Source: an uncultured Actinomycetes bacterium
GTDB lineage: Bacteria > Actinomycetota > Acidimicrobiia > IMCC26256 > PALSA-610
Assembly: GCA_963708105.1 (NCBI GenBank)
Contig: OY970186.1
Location: 4,446,060-4,510,059, forward strand
Direction: 5' to 3'
Length of the DNA stretch: 64,000 nucleotides
Position numbers and translations under genes: made by a program
The notes under the pieces: generated by a model
Database searches by the model: none
Told to the model about the DNA's origin: nothing
Seen by the model: the letters and a program-made list of their open reading frames with translations, nothing else
Shown here: in pieces, positions 20,557 through 30,094 of the stretch
Numbering within the stretch: position 1 is the stretch's first letter
Layout: each line of letters starts with the position of its first letter

Positions 20557-21436
20557 GTGACGCAATCTGGGAGCCGATCCGTGACAACACCGCTGTGGCG
20601 CACGGCCACCGTCGCTTCCGGCGGCGAGACCATCTACTACGAAGTCATCGGCGCCGACGACGCGCCCACGATCGTGCTCACCCACGGCGCGGGCGGCTCG
20701 CACGCAGTCTGGTTCCAACAGGTGCCAGTCCTCGCGGCCGCGGGCTACCGCGTCGTCACCTGGGACAGCCGCGGTTTCGGCCTCTCGACCCTGAACACGA
20801 CCCTCGGCCCCGACGAAGCGGTCGCCGACCTGACTGCGATTCTCGACGCGATCGGCATCGAGCAGGCGCACCTCGTCGGGCAGTCGATGGGCGGCTGGTG
20901 GGTGACCGCCTTCGCGCTCGCCCACCCCGATCGGACGCGGACGATCACCTTGACGAACACCGTCGGCGGACTCTGGACCCGAGCGCTCGCCGATCACTTC
21001 GCCGCGTTCGTCGCCGCCGAAACCCGCGCCGCCGAAGCGGCGGTCGCGATCCTCGAACCCGACGGCGACAAGGCCCGGCTCGGAGTGCACAGCGCGCTCG
21101 CGCCCGGATTCGTCGAGCGCGACCCGGCCCGCGCCTTCCTCTACCAGGAACTGAACACGTTCCACTCTCCCCCGATGGGCGCGATCGGGCGGGCGCTCAG
21201 CGGCGGCGCGATCAAGCACCGTGCGCTCGACGCACTCGACATCCCGATCCTCGTGATCACCAGCACCGACGACGCGCTGTTCCCGGCTCCGTTGGTCATC
21301 GACACGGCCCAGCGGCTCGCGCGACGCGACGATCGTCGAGATCCCCGGCGCCGGGCACTCCAGCTACTTCGAGCGCCCGGCCGAGTACAACGCCGCGCTG
21401 CTCGACTTCCTCGGAGACGCAGCTAACTCGACGTGA
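20557..21436 (+). CDS. Alpha/beta hydrolase (one frame hop near 21325)
   Basis: IVLTHGAGGSHAVWFQQ, HLVGQSMGG (GxSxG nucleophile elbow). The C-terminus is restored in another frame as ATIVEIPGAGHSSYFERPAEYNAALLDFLGDAANST. Confidence 0.8.
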
Positions 21437-21872
21437 TCGGCGGCCAGCGCCAGATGCTCCAACCCTCGACCGCATCGGCGCCGATGGCCCGATAGAAGTC
21501 GTGCGCGGCGGTGTTCCAGTCGAGCACCGCCCACTCGACCCGACCCGCGGTGCGCGCCCGGAGCGCATCGAGCAGGGCCCGGCCGTACCCGTGGCGGCGA
21601 AACTCGGGCCGCACGAAGAGGTCCTCCAACCAGATCCCGTCGCGGCCGAGCCACGTCGAGAACGTCCGGTAGTACAGCGCCATTCCGGCAACCGCGCCGT
21701 CGTCGTGCACGGCGATCAGCGCGCGCGCCACCGCGTCGGTACCGAACAGGTGACCGGCGAACTCGTCGGGATCGAACACCACCGCGTCGGGTTCGCGCTC
21801 GTACTCCGCGAGCTCGCGTACAAGGGCGAGGATCTCGTCAAGGTCCCCCGGAGTCGCGTCGCGGATCGTCAC
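21423..21872 (-). CDS. GNAT N-acetyltransferase (intact)
   Basis: [29 protein letters not shown]...LEDLFVRPEFRRHGYGRALLDAL...AAHDFYRAIGA. The GTG start overlaps the gcvT stop (GTGA). Confidence 0.8.
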   Translation of the reverse strand: MTIRDATPGDLDEILALVRELAEYEREPDAVVFDPDEFAGHLFGTDAVARALIAVHDDGAVAGMALYYRTFSTWLGRDGIWLEDLFVRPEFRRHGYGRALLDALRARTAGRVEWAVLDWNTAAHDFYRAIGADAVEGWSIWRWPPITSS

Positions 21873-22948
21873 TTCTTCACGAACGGCAACGGCACCAAGC
21901 GGCCGTCGAGCAACTGCCCGCGCACGTCGACCTGTACCGGCGCGCCCACTTCCAAGGCCGGCGGGACGAACGCGAGCGCGATCCCGTGCCCGAGCATCGG
22001 CGAGAAGTTGCCACTGGTCACGATGCCGATCGGCGCGCCGTCGGCCAGCACGTGCGACCCTTCGCGCGGCGGGCGCCGGCCGTCGACCGCGATCCCCCGC
22101 AGCCGCCGGGCTATACCCCGCTCTCGTTCCGCCGCCAGCGCAGCCCGGCCCCGGAAATCGGCCTTGTCCCAGCCGACCACCCAGCCCAGGCCCGCCTGCA
22201 ACGGCGTGATGCCCGGCCCGAGCTCGTGCCCATGCAAGGGCAACCCGGCTTCCAGGCGCAGCGTGTCGCGCGCGCCCAGGCCCGCGGGCTCGATCCCCGC
22301 CGCCACGATCGCGTCCCAGAGCGCCGGCGCATCGGCCGCCGCCACGTGCAACTCGACGCCGTCCTCCCCCGTGTAGCCGGTGCCGGCCACGACGAGGTCG
22401 CCGACCCGCCGCGACCGAGAAACGCGGCACGGCGGCCGCCTCCGCGTTCACCGCGGCCAGCAGCTCCCGTGCGGAAGGTCCCTGCACCGCCAGCACCGCC
22501 CGCGTCGGGGTGATGTCGGCGAACTCGACCGCCCCGTCGGCGTGCGCCGCGCCCTGCGTCGAACGCGGCGAGCATCTCGTCGGTGTTCGACGCGTTCGGC
22601 ATCACGAAGAAACGGTCGGCGTCGACCCACCACACGATGATGTCGTCGACCACGTGCGCATCGTCCGGGTCGAGCAGGTGCGTGTACTGCGCGCGCCCGC
22701 ATTCGATCTTGCGCAGATCGTTGGTCAACAACCACTGCAACAACGAGAACGCACCGGGCCCGCGGCACTCGACGGTGCCAAGGTGCGAAACGTCGAACAC
22801 CACCGCGCCGCGTGCGACACGCACGGTGTTCTTCGAGCACGCTCGCGTACTGCAGCGGCATGTCCCAGCCGCCGAAGGGCACCAGCCGCGCGCCCAGCGC
22901 ACGATGCCGGGCGTCGAGCGGGCTGTGCCGAAGTTGCTCGTCGGTCAT
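21869..22948 (-). CDS. gcvT: Glycine cleavage system aminomethyltransferase T (frame-shifted)
   Basis: [98 protein letters not shown] are spread over four ORF fragments. Confidence 0.9.
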
Positions 22949-23313
22949 GCGCTCTCGGCCGCTTCACTGCTCGCGACAGAACGCGGCCGGCGACCGAGAT
23001 CGAACGGCGCGGGCGCAGACCCCGCGTCGGCATTCGTTTCGACGTCGACGAGCTGCGAGGGCGGCTCGAGCCCGTACTTCACGAGGAGATGCAGATAGTC
23101 GCGCTGGTACAGCACCCGGATCGAGATGTCGGGGTGCTGCTCGACGAGGCGACGCGCCTTGCGGTTCTTCTTCGTCACGAGCTTCTGGTTCAGCGTCGTG
23201 ATCTCGATGTAGAGGTCGTACGCGGGCAGGAAGAAGTCGGGGGTGAACGCCTGCACCGGTCTGCCCTCACGATCGTGCTCGAGCGTGAAGGTGCGCGGCT
23301 CGTACTCCCACAC
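22945..23313 (-). CDS. Hypothetical protein, possible PD-(D/E)XK nuclease fold; N-terminus unresolved
   Basis: [10 protein letters not shown]...[24 protein letters not shown] (D...D.YIE.T pattern, weak). Family-like sequence continues upstream (SERQFAKLLDFYSI) to the MerR stop with no ATG/GTG/TTG. GTG 23313 is the first canonical start. Confidence 0.5.
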   Translation of the reverse strand: MWEYEPRTFTLEHDREGRPVQAFTPDFFLPAYDLYIEITTLNQKLVTKKNRKARRLVEQHPDISIRVLYQRDYLHLLVKYGLEPPSQLVDVETNADAGSAPAPFDLGRRPRSVASSEAAESA

Positions 23314-23421
23314 GATCGAATAGAAGTCGAGCAGCTTCGCGAACTGGCGCTCGGAATTGTGCGCGAAGCGAACTACCTCGTGCGGGAGGACTTCGCTTTC
23401 GATGACGCGCTCCGCTGCTTC

Positions 23422-23889
23422 CTAGCGCGCAGCCGCGCGCGGCGGGATCGTGGTGGCGGCGGCCGCACTGGTGTCGAACGCCAGCTGCACCGCTTCGGTG
23501 ATCGTCTGCTGCAGCGGTTCGAGCTCGAGCACCATGCTCAACACGCCCTGACCGCCGCGCAGGAGATCCATCACCTGCTCGTCGCTTTGCGCGAGCACGA
23601 CGTTGGGACCCTGCAACACGATGCGCACCGACGCGAGGTCTTCGTCGAAGCCGCGCAACGACTCGACCGCCTTGCGCGCCGACTGCAACGAGATGCCGGC
23701 GTCGAGCATCTGCTTGATGACCTTGAGCTCGACGAGATCGCGGTACGAGTACAGGCGTTGCGTGCCGCTGCCGTTCGCGTCCATGACCGACGGGCGGACC
23801 AGTTCGGTGCGCGCCCAGTAGTCGAGTTGGCGATACGTGATCCCGACGATCTTGCAGACCTGCGGCCCGCGGTACCCCGGTTCGGACAT
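23422..23889 (-). CDS. MerR-family transcriptional regulator (intact)
   Basis: MSEPGYRGPQVCKIVGITYRQLDYWARTELVRPS...RLYSYRDLVELKVIKQMLDAGISL (MerR HTH). Confidence 0.8.
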   Translation of the reverse strand: MSEPGYRGPQVCKIVGITYRQLDYWARTELVRPSVMDANGSGTQRLYSYRDLVELKVIKQMLDAGISLQSARKAVESLRGFDEDLASVRIVLQGPNVVLAQSDEQVMDLLRGGQGVLSMVLELEPLQQTITEAVQLAFDTSAAAATTIPPRAAAR

Positions 23890-24016
23890 CGATGCTCCCT
23901 CGCAACCACACTGCTGAAGCACTCTCGTGCTGACACGAGTGTAGTTACACCGGGGTAGAACCGTAAACCTGAAGCTTTTCCACAGGTCCAGAACGGCCCG
24001 GGAGCCCGGCGGATCG

Positions 24017-24499
24017 CTACTGGGCGAAGTCCTCGGGGGTGATGTTGTCGAGGAACTCGCGGAATTGCTCCACTTCGTGCTCTTCCTCGTCGGCCTCGAA
24101 CAGCACCCCGGCCTCGTCGAGCACGCCCTCGTCGGCGAAGATCGGTACCTCGGCGCCGAAGCGCACCGCCAGCGCGATCGCGTCAGAGGGCCGCGACGAG
24201 ATCCGCGACTTCGTTCCGGCGCGGTCGAACTCGATCTCGGCGTAGAAGGTGCCGTCGTGCAGTGCGGTGATCTCGACCCGCTCGAACTTGACGGACATGC
24301 CGTCGAGAACGGTCTTGAACAGGTCGTGCGTCATCGGACGAGGCGTTTCCATCCCCTGCAACGCGTAGACGATCGCGGTGGCCTCGGGCGAGCCGATGAA
24401 GATCGGCAGGAAGCGGGTGCCGCCCTCCTCGCGCAAGAGCACAATCGGTTGATTCGTCGGGACTTCGACGCGAACACCGATGAGCGAAAGGCGGATCAC
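24017..24499 (-). CDS. Bifunctional nuclease family protein (DUF151) (intact)
   Basis: MIRLSLIGVRVEVPTNQPIVLLREEGGTRFLPIFIGSPEATAIVYALQGMETPRPMTHDL...SRPSDAIALAVRFGAEVPIF. Confidence 0.85.
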   Translation of the reverse strand: MIRLSLIGVRVEVPTNQPIVLLREEGGTRFLPIFIGSPEATAIVYALQGMETPRPMTHDLFKTVLDGMSVKFERVEITALHDGTFYAEIEFDRAGTKSRISSRPSDAIALAVRFGAEVPIFADEGVLDEAGVLFEADEEEHEVEQFREFLDNITPEDFAQ

Positions 24500-25122
24500 G
24501 GCTCCTCCGTGGGGACGGGGGTCACCCTACCACCGGGGTACTCGGCAGAATCCGAGCGCCGGTAGAGCTCGTCCACGTAGGCGTCCGGCCGCGCCACGAG
24601 GGTGTCTCGATCAGCGGAAACCACGTACGGGACGTTGCGGTAGAGGTCGTGCACGTGGAGTCCGTAACCGAGGACGTACTCCATTCCGAGCTCGAAACCG
24701 ATGTAGTCCACGTCGTGGGGCACGATCCGCCGGAGCGGCCGGTCGAGGAATGCGCAGGTCGACAGGCGGCGCGGCGAACGCGCCGTCAGCTGGCCGACCA
24801 GGTACGCGAGCGTCAACCCGGTGTCGACGATGTCCTCCACCAGCACGACGTCGCGGTCGGTGATGTCGGTGCCCAGATCGTGGAGGATCTTGACCCGGCC
24901 GGAGTCGGGCGCGAACCGCGATATCGACATGAAGTCGATGGTCACGTTGATGTCCGGGATCGCCCGGGCGAGATCCGCGGCGAACAGCAACGCGCCTTTC
25001 AGTACGACCACGAGCACGACGCCGTCGGGATGATCGCGGCCGATCTCCCGGCCCAGGCGTTGCACGTTGCCCTCGATCGCCGCCCGGTCGAGCAGCACGG
25101 TCAAGGTCGATGGTTCGGTCAA
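24496..25122 (-). CDS. hpt: Hypoxanthine phosphoribosyltransferase (intact)
   Basis: VVVLKGALLFAADLARAI, TIDFMSISRF, RDVVLVEDIVDTGLTLAYL (PRPP-binding loop), DYIGFELGMEYVLGYGLHVHDLYRNVPYV. Confidence 0.85.
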   Translation of the reverse strand: MTEPSTLTVLLDRAAIEGNVQRLGREIGRDHPDGVVLVVVLKGALLFAADLARAIPDINVTIDFMSISRFAPDSGRVKILHDLGTDITDRDVVLVEDIVDTGLTLAYLVGQLTARSPRRLSTCAFLDRPLRRIVPHDVDYIGFELGMEYVLGYGLHVHDLYRNVPYVVSADRDTLVARPDAYVDELYRRSDSAEYPGGRVTPVPTEEP

Positions 25123-25938
25123 TTGTTGAACGTTCGGCGAACGGTCTGGCGCAGGATCGCGGTGCGCAGCCGGCGCCCGAGCCCGGCGAGCTCACCGAGC
25201 GTCTCCGCGGTGCGCGCCTGCGCTTCCGGGTTGCGTTGGCGCCGGTACGGCAGCAACACCTGTTCGAACAGGCTCGCTTCGCGTTCCGCGAACGCGCGGT
25301 ACATACGGAGATGCCTGGGCTCGATGCCGTGCCGCATGAAGCCCGCGCACACTCGAGCCACCGCGAGCGCGTCGTCGTCGAACAACACGCGGTCGCCGGT
25401 CGACTGACTGGGCGAAACGAGCCCGTACTCCTCGAGTCGGGCGAGGTCTTCGTCGGTCATGCCCGCGGCGCGCACGAGCTCGGCGCGGCGTCAGGCTCAC
25501 TCCGCTCTCCGACGCGCCGAGATCGTCGGCGCCCTCGTCGTCGTCGCGCACCTGTGCGGAGGCCGAACGCGCCTCCGCAGTTTGCGCGGCACGGCGCGTC
25601 TCCTCGAAGAGCGCATCGACCGTTTTCGGATCGACCTTCCGCTCGGCGGCGTCGCCATCGGCGGTTTCGGTCACGGTGAATCCCCCGTCGCGGTCGACCT
25701 CGTCGAGGCGTTCCTTGATCACCTTCAACGGGAGAAAGTGCTCCCGTTGCTGGCGCAAGATGAAGCGGAGCCGCTCGACGTCGGCGGCATAGAACTTGCG
25801 GTAGCCCGACGGCGTGCGTTCCGGATCGACGAGACCCTGACTCTCGAGGAAGCGGATCTTCGAGATCGTGATGTCGGGGAATTCGTCGCGGAGCTGGTTC
25901 AACACGTCGCCGATCGACGAGTGCGCGCGCTTCGCCAT
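25119..25938 (-). CDS. MerR-family regulator (one frame hop near 25480)
   Basis: [75 protein letters not shown]. The C-terminal second MerR-like repeat is in ORF 25119..25475. Confidence 0.8.
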
Positions 25939-25939
25939 T

Positions 25940-26419
25940 TCAGGCGTCCCGCTCGCGTTCGCCGCCGACGATGAAGCTCAAGCGGTACCGACCGATCTGC
26001 ACTTCGTCGCCGTAACGCAGCTGCGCCTCGTCGACGCGCTTGCGGTTCACGTAGGTGCCGTTGAGCGAGCCGACGTCGCGCAACGTGTAGCCGTCGCCGT
26101 CGCGCTCGACCACGACGTGGCGGCGCGAGACGGTGATGTCGTCGAGGAAGATCTCGGAGTCGGGATGGCGGCCGATCGCGGTCACGGGTTCCTCGAGGCG
26201 ATACGACGAACCCGCGTTGGGTCCGTGGCGCACGACGAGCATCCCCACGCCGGGCGCCAGACCGTCGAGGAAGCGGTCGAGCTCGTCCTCTTCGGTGGCG
26301 GCCTCGACCGCGGACAGGGTCAGGGTCGACTCTTCTTCCCCGGGCCCGAGCGGCGCGCCGCACGACGAACAGAACCGCGCCTCTTCAGGGTTCTGATGTC
26401 CACACCGGGCGCAGAGCAC
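25940..26419 (-). CDS. FHA-domain protein with N-terminal zinc ribbon (GarA/OdhI-like position)
   Basis: [24 protein letters not shown]..., FHA core [46 protein letters not shown]. The stop abuts the downstream MerR start. Confidence 0.8.
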   Translation of the reverse strand: MLCARCGHQNPEEARFCSSCGAPLGPGEEESTLTLSAVEAATEEDELDRFLDGLAPGVGMLVVRHGPNAGSSYRLEEPVTAIGRHPDSEIFLDDITVSRRHVVVERDGDGYTLRDVGSLNGTYVNRKRVDEAQLRYGDEVQIGRYRLSFIVGGERERDA

Positions 26420-26534
26420 GGCGGTCAGGCTATCGGCGCCGCCCGGGGCCGACAACGCCGGCTCGACCTCGACCAGAGGGTGAACGTCGAGGGTTGCCCG
26501 CCGGTGCAGCCAGTGCGCCGGTGCGGCCCGGGAC

Positions 26535-26915
26535 TCAGCCCTCGGTGAGCTCGCGGTACGCGGCCGCGTCGAGCATGGCGTCGACCTCGGCCGGATCGCT
26601 GACGTCGATCTCGAACATCCAGCCCGTGCCGTACGGGTCGGAGTTGACGAGCTCGGGCGCATCGCCGAGTGCGTCGTTGACCGCCGAGACCTTGCCCGTC
26701 AGCGGGACGTAGACGTCGGAGACCGACTTCGTCGACTCGATCTCGCTCACGCTGGCCCCGGCCACGACGTCGAGCCCGACATCGGGGAGCTGGACGAAGA
26801 CGACGTCGCCCAGGCTGTCCTGCGCGAAATCGGTGATGCCGACCCGCGCCACCGTGCCGTCGAACTTCACCCACTCGTGCTCGCGGCTGTAGCGGAGATC
26901 CTCGGGAATGTTCAT
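26535..26915 (-). CDS. gcvH: Glycine cleavage system H protein (intact)
   Basis: YSREHEWVKFDGTVARVGITDFAQDSLGDVVFVQLP...VSEIESTKSVSDVYVPLTG (lipoyl-Lys in ESTKS). Confidence 0.9.
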   Translation of the reverse strand: MNIPEDLRYSREHEWVKFDGTVARVGITDFAQDSLGDVVFVQLPDVGLDVVAGASVSEIESTKSVSDVYVPLTGKVSAVNDALGDAPELVNSDPYGTGWMFEIDVSDPAEVDAMLDAAAYRELTEG

Positions 26916-26928
26916 GGCCGGAGCGTAG

Positions 26929-29425
26929 CTACCGCGTGAGCTCGGCGACCTGACCCGCGTAGATCGCCACGAGCCGCCTGGCGTCCATGTCGCTCGGTCC
27001 CTCGGCCCAGATGTGCGTGATCGCGAGCTCGGGGTCGGGCAACACGAGCGCCCAACCCTCGGGGTAGACGATCTTCACGCCGTCGACGAGCACCGTTGGG
27101 AAGTCCTTGGCCCGCTCCATCACGCCGCGCATCACGGTTCCCTTGCGCTCCCACGGCGTGGGCACGATGTCGTGCGCGACATGGGTCTCGGGCACCTCGG
27201 CGACGATCGACGACAACGAGCGGCCGCTCGCGGCGAGCAGATCGAGCAGGTGCACGAGGGTGGCCACCGCGTCGTAGGCGGGCAGGAACGCGGGCCAGAT
27301 GAATCCGCCCTCCTGCGAGGCCGCGAAGTCGACGCTGCCGCTGCCTGCGATCTCCATGAGGTGCGAGGCCGACAACTTCGTCCACGTGATGGGCGCGCCG
27401 TTGCGTTCGCCGAGCCGTTCCGCTTCGCGGCTCACCGATACCGGTAGCGCGAGTCGCGAGCCCGGGCGTTGCTCGCACACGAGCTTGACGAGCGCGAGCA
27501 GCGCGTGCTTCGGACGAGAGCGCGACTCCTTGGTCGTCGATGATCGTGGCGGTCTCGCCGTCGGGATCGAACACGTAGCCGAGATCGGAGCCCGACGTGC
27601 GCACGAGGTCGCCGATGGTCTTCACCCGCGTCTCGTGGTCGTCGCCCGCACCCATCGCCCCGCTCGTCGCCGCGAAAGGGTTGACGGCCAGCACACTCGC
27701 GCCGAGCTTGGCGAGAACGTTCGGCATCAGCATCGAAGTGGCGCCGAAGGAGTAGTCGAGCACGACCTTGAAGCCGCGGCTGCGCAAGCGGCGGGGCTGG
27801 ACGCTCGCTTCGAGCGCGGCCGTATAGAACTCGATCGCTCTCGGGCGGGAAGACGATGTCGCCGATGTCGCCCGCGAACGCACGGCGGAAGTCTTCGCGG
27901 TACAGGAGGCGCTCGATCTTGCGCTGCGCACCCTCGTCGATGTCGGCGCCGTACTCGTCCATGAAGCGGATCTCGACGCTGTCGGAGTCGCCCGAGGCGA
28001 GCCGCACGCTGATGCCGCCCTGCGCCTGCTGGGTCCGCACCTGGAAACGCGTGAGCGGCACGGTCGACAGCTCGAGGTCCATGACGTGCACGCCGCTCAG
28101 GTTCAGGCCCGCGATCAGCGCCCGCTTGAGCGCACGCGCCGAACGACTGGTGTCGCGGCTCGTGCAGACGACCGCACCCTTCTTGAGCGCGGTTCCGTAG
28201 GCCATCGCGAGCCGGACCGCGACCTCGGACGTGACGTCGACGTTCGCGAGCCCGCGCACGCCGCGGCGCCCGAACAGCGTGCGGGCGCCCTTGCTCTCCC
28301 ACACGATCGACGACGTGATGAGCGCGCCGGGCTCGACCATCTTGAACGGGTAGATCTTCACCGACGGGTTGATGATCGCGTGCGCGCCGATGAAGCACTC
28401 GTCGCCGATGACGACGTTCTCCTCGATGCGCGCGCCGTCGCGGATGTCGCTCGCCCGCCCGACGACCGCGCCGCGCAGGCGGGCCGACGGGCCGATGTAG
28501 ACGTGGTCGTGCACGACACAGCGCTCGAGCTCGGCGTCGGCCTTCACCACGACGTCGGCGCCGAGCACGGTGTACGGCCGCAGCACCGCGCCCGCTTCGA
28601 CCCGTGAGTTGTCGCCGATCAGGACGGGCCCGTAGACCTCGGCATCGGGCGAAAGGTCGGCGCCCTCGCCCAGCCACACGCCCTCGCGGACCTCGAAACC
28701 GGGCAGCTCGAGGTGCATGCGGCCGTCGAGGATGTCCTCGTGCGCGCGCCGGTACGCCTCGAGCGTGCCGACGTCTTCCCAGTAGCCGTCGATCACGTGA
28801 CCGACGAGCTTCTTGCCCTTGTCGAGCACGGCCGGGAACACGTCGCTCGAGAAGTCGACGACCTCGCCCGCGGGGATGAAGTCGAAGATCTCCGGTTCCA
28901 ATACGTAGATGTTCGTGTTGATCGTGTCGGAGAAGACCTCGCCCCACGTGGGCTTTTCGAGGAAACGTTCGATCGTGCCGTCGTCGCGGGTGATGACGAT
29001 GCCGAACTCGACCGGGTTCTCCACCCGCTTCAACGCGATCGACGCGAAGGCATCGGCCGCGCGGTGGGCCTTCATCACCGCACCCGAGGTCGACGTCGGT
29101 CAGCGCGTCGCCGGCCACGACGAGGAACGTCTCGTCGAGCTCGTCCATCGCGTTGCGCACCGAGCCCGCGGTGCCGAGGGGCGATTCCTCGGTCGCGTAG
29201 CGCATGCGCACGCCGAACTCGGAGCCGTCGCCGAAGTAGTTCCGAATGTGGTTCGCGAGGAACGCGACCGTGACGACGATGTCGTCGAAGCCGTGCGTGG
29301 CGAGCGAGCCGCACGATGTGCTCCATCATCGGCGCGTTCGCGATCGGCATCATCGGCTTGGGCTGATTGCTCGTCAGCGGCCGCAGCCGCGTGCCTTCGC
29401 CGCCCGCCAGGATCACTGCCTTCAT
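26929..29425 (-). CDS. Sugar-phosphate nucleotidyltransferase fused to a phosphomannomutase/phosphoglucomutase-like domain (frame-shifted)
   Basis: [28 protein letters not shown] (GGxGTRLxPLT) with GGAGGTG before the ATG. Left-handed beta-helix region, then PGM/PMM-like [29 protein letters not shown] and the C-terminal domain in ORF 26929..27480. Confidence 0.8.
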
Positions 29426-30033
29426 GAACCCACCTCCGCCGGAAGCCGCGCGGTTCTGCCTTCCCGCAAAGCAACGCGCGCCGCCGGAACGTATTTCGCC
29501 GCCGCGAAATACCCGAGGACGATTCCCCCGATCGCAAAACCCCAACCGAGCACGTCGAACAGCGTGCGAACCGACGGCGCGGCGTCGGCGATCAGGAACA
29601 TCGGCAACGCGAACATCAGCGCGAGCGTGCCGGCCTTGCCCGCCCACACGACATCGATGCGCCGCGCGCCGGCCAGCCCGAGCGCGACCGTTGCGATCGC
29701 GACCAGGACCTCGCGCGCGAAGATGATCCACAGGATCGATGTCGACGCCCAGTCGACAAGCCCTTCGTGCAACAGCGCGATCGCGGCGGCGACGAGCAGC
29801 ACGCGATCGGCGGTCGGATCGAGCACCTTGCCGAGCTCGCTCCCCTGGTTGAAATGCCGGGCGATCCAGCCGTCGACCCAGTCGGTCGCGCCGAGCACCG
29901 CGAGCAGCGCCGCCGCGCCCCGCCGGGCCGGATCGGGCTTCCAGAGCATCCAGAGGAAGACCGGCACGCACAGCAGCCGGGCGACCGAGATGAGATTCGG
30001 AATCGTCCAGACCTTCGATCGCGCCAGAGCCAT
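29422..30033 (-). CDS. CDP-alcohol phosphatidyltransferase family protein (intact)
   Basis: [17 protein letters not shown]...[32 protein letters not shown] (D.xDG...D...D motif). The stop overlaps the next gene's start (ATGA). Confidence 0.8.
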   Translation of the reverse strand: MALARSKVWTIPNLISVARLLCVPVFLWMLWKPDPARRGAAALLAVLGATDWVDGWIARHFNQGSELGKVLDPTADRVLLVAAAIALLHEGLVDWASTSILWIIFAREVLVAIATVALGLAGARRIDVVWAGKAGTLALMFALPMFLIADAAPSVRTLFDVLGWGFAIGGIVLGYFAAAKYVPAARVALREGRTARLPAEVGS

Positions 30034-30094
30034 CGCGCGCCAGCGTACGGTCTGTCGGCCTGTCGGTGGGTTACGAGCCGGGTCACGAGCCGGC

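Noticed and set aside
13780-21436. Calling the undamaged accessory block a genomic island or mobile element.
   Set aside because: There is no integrase, no tRNA or direct-repeat boundaries, and no mobility genes. The lower GC is only an impression and may reflect amino-acid composition of the Calx-beta gene.
21869-26928. A glycine riboswitch upstream of gcvT or gcvH.
   Set aside because: There is no intergenic space. The gcvT start overlaps the upstream ORF by 4 nt, and gcvH is separated from the upstream gene by 13 nt.
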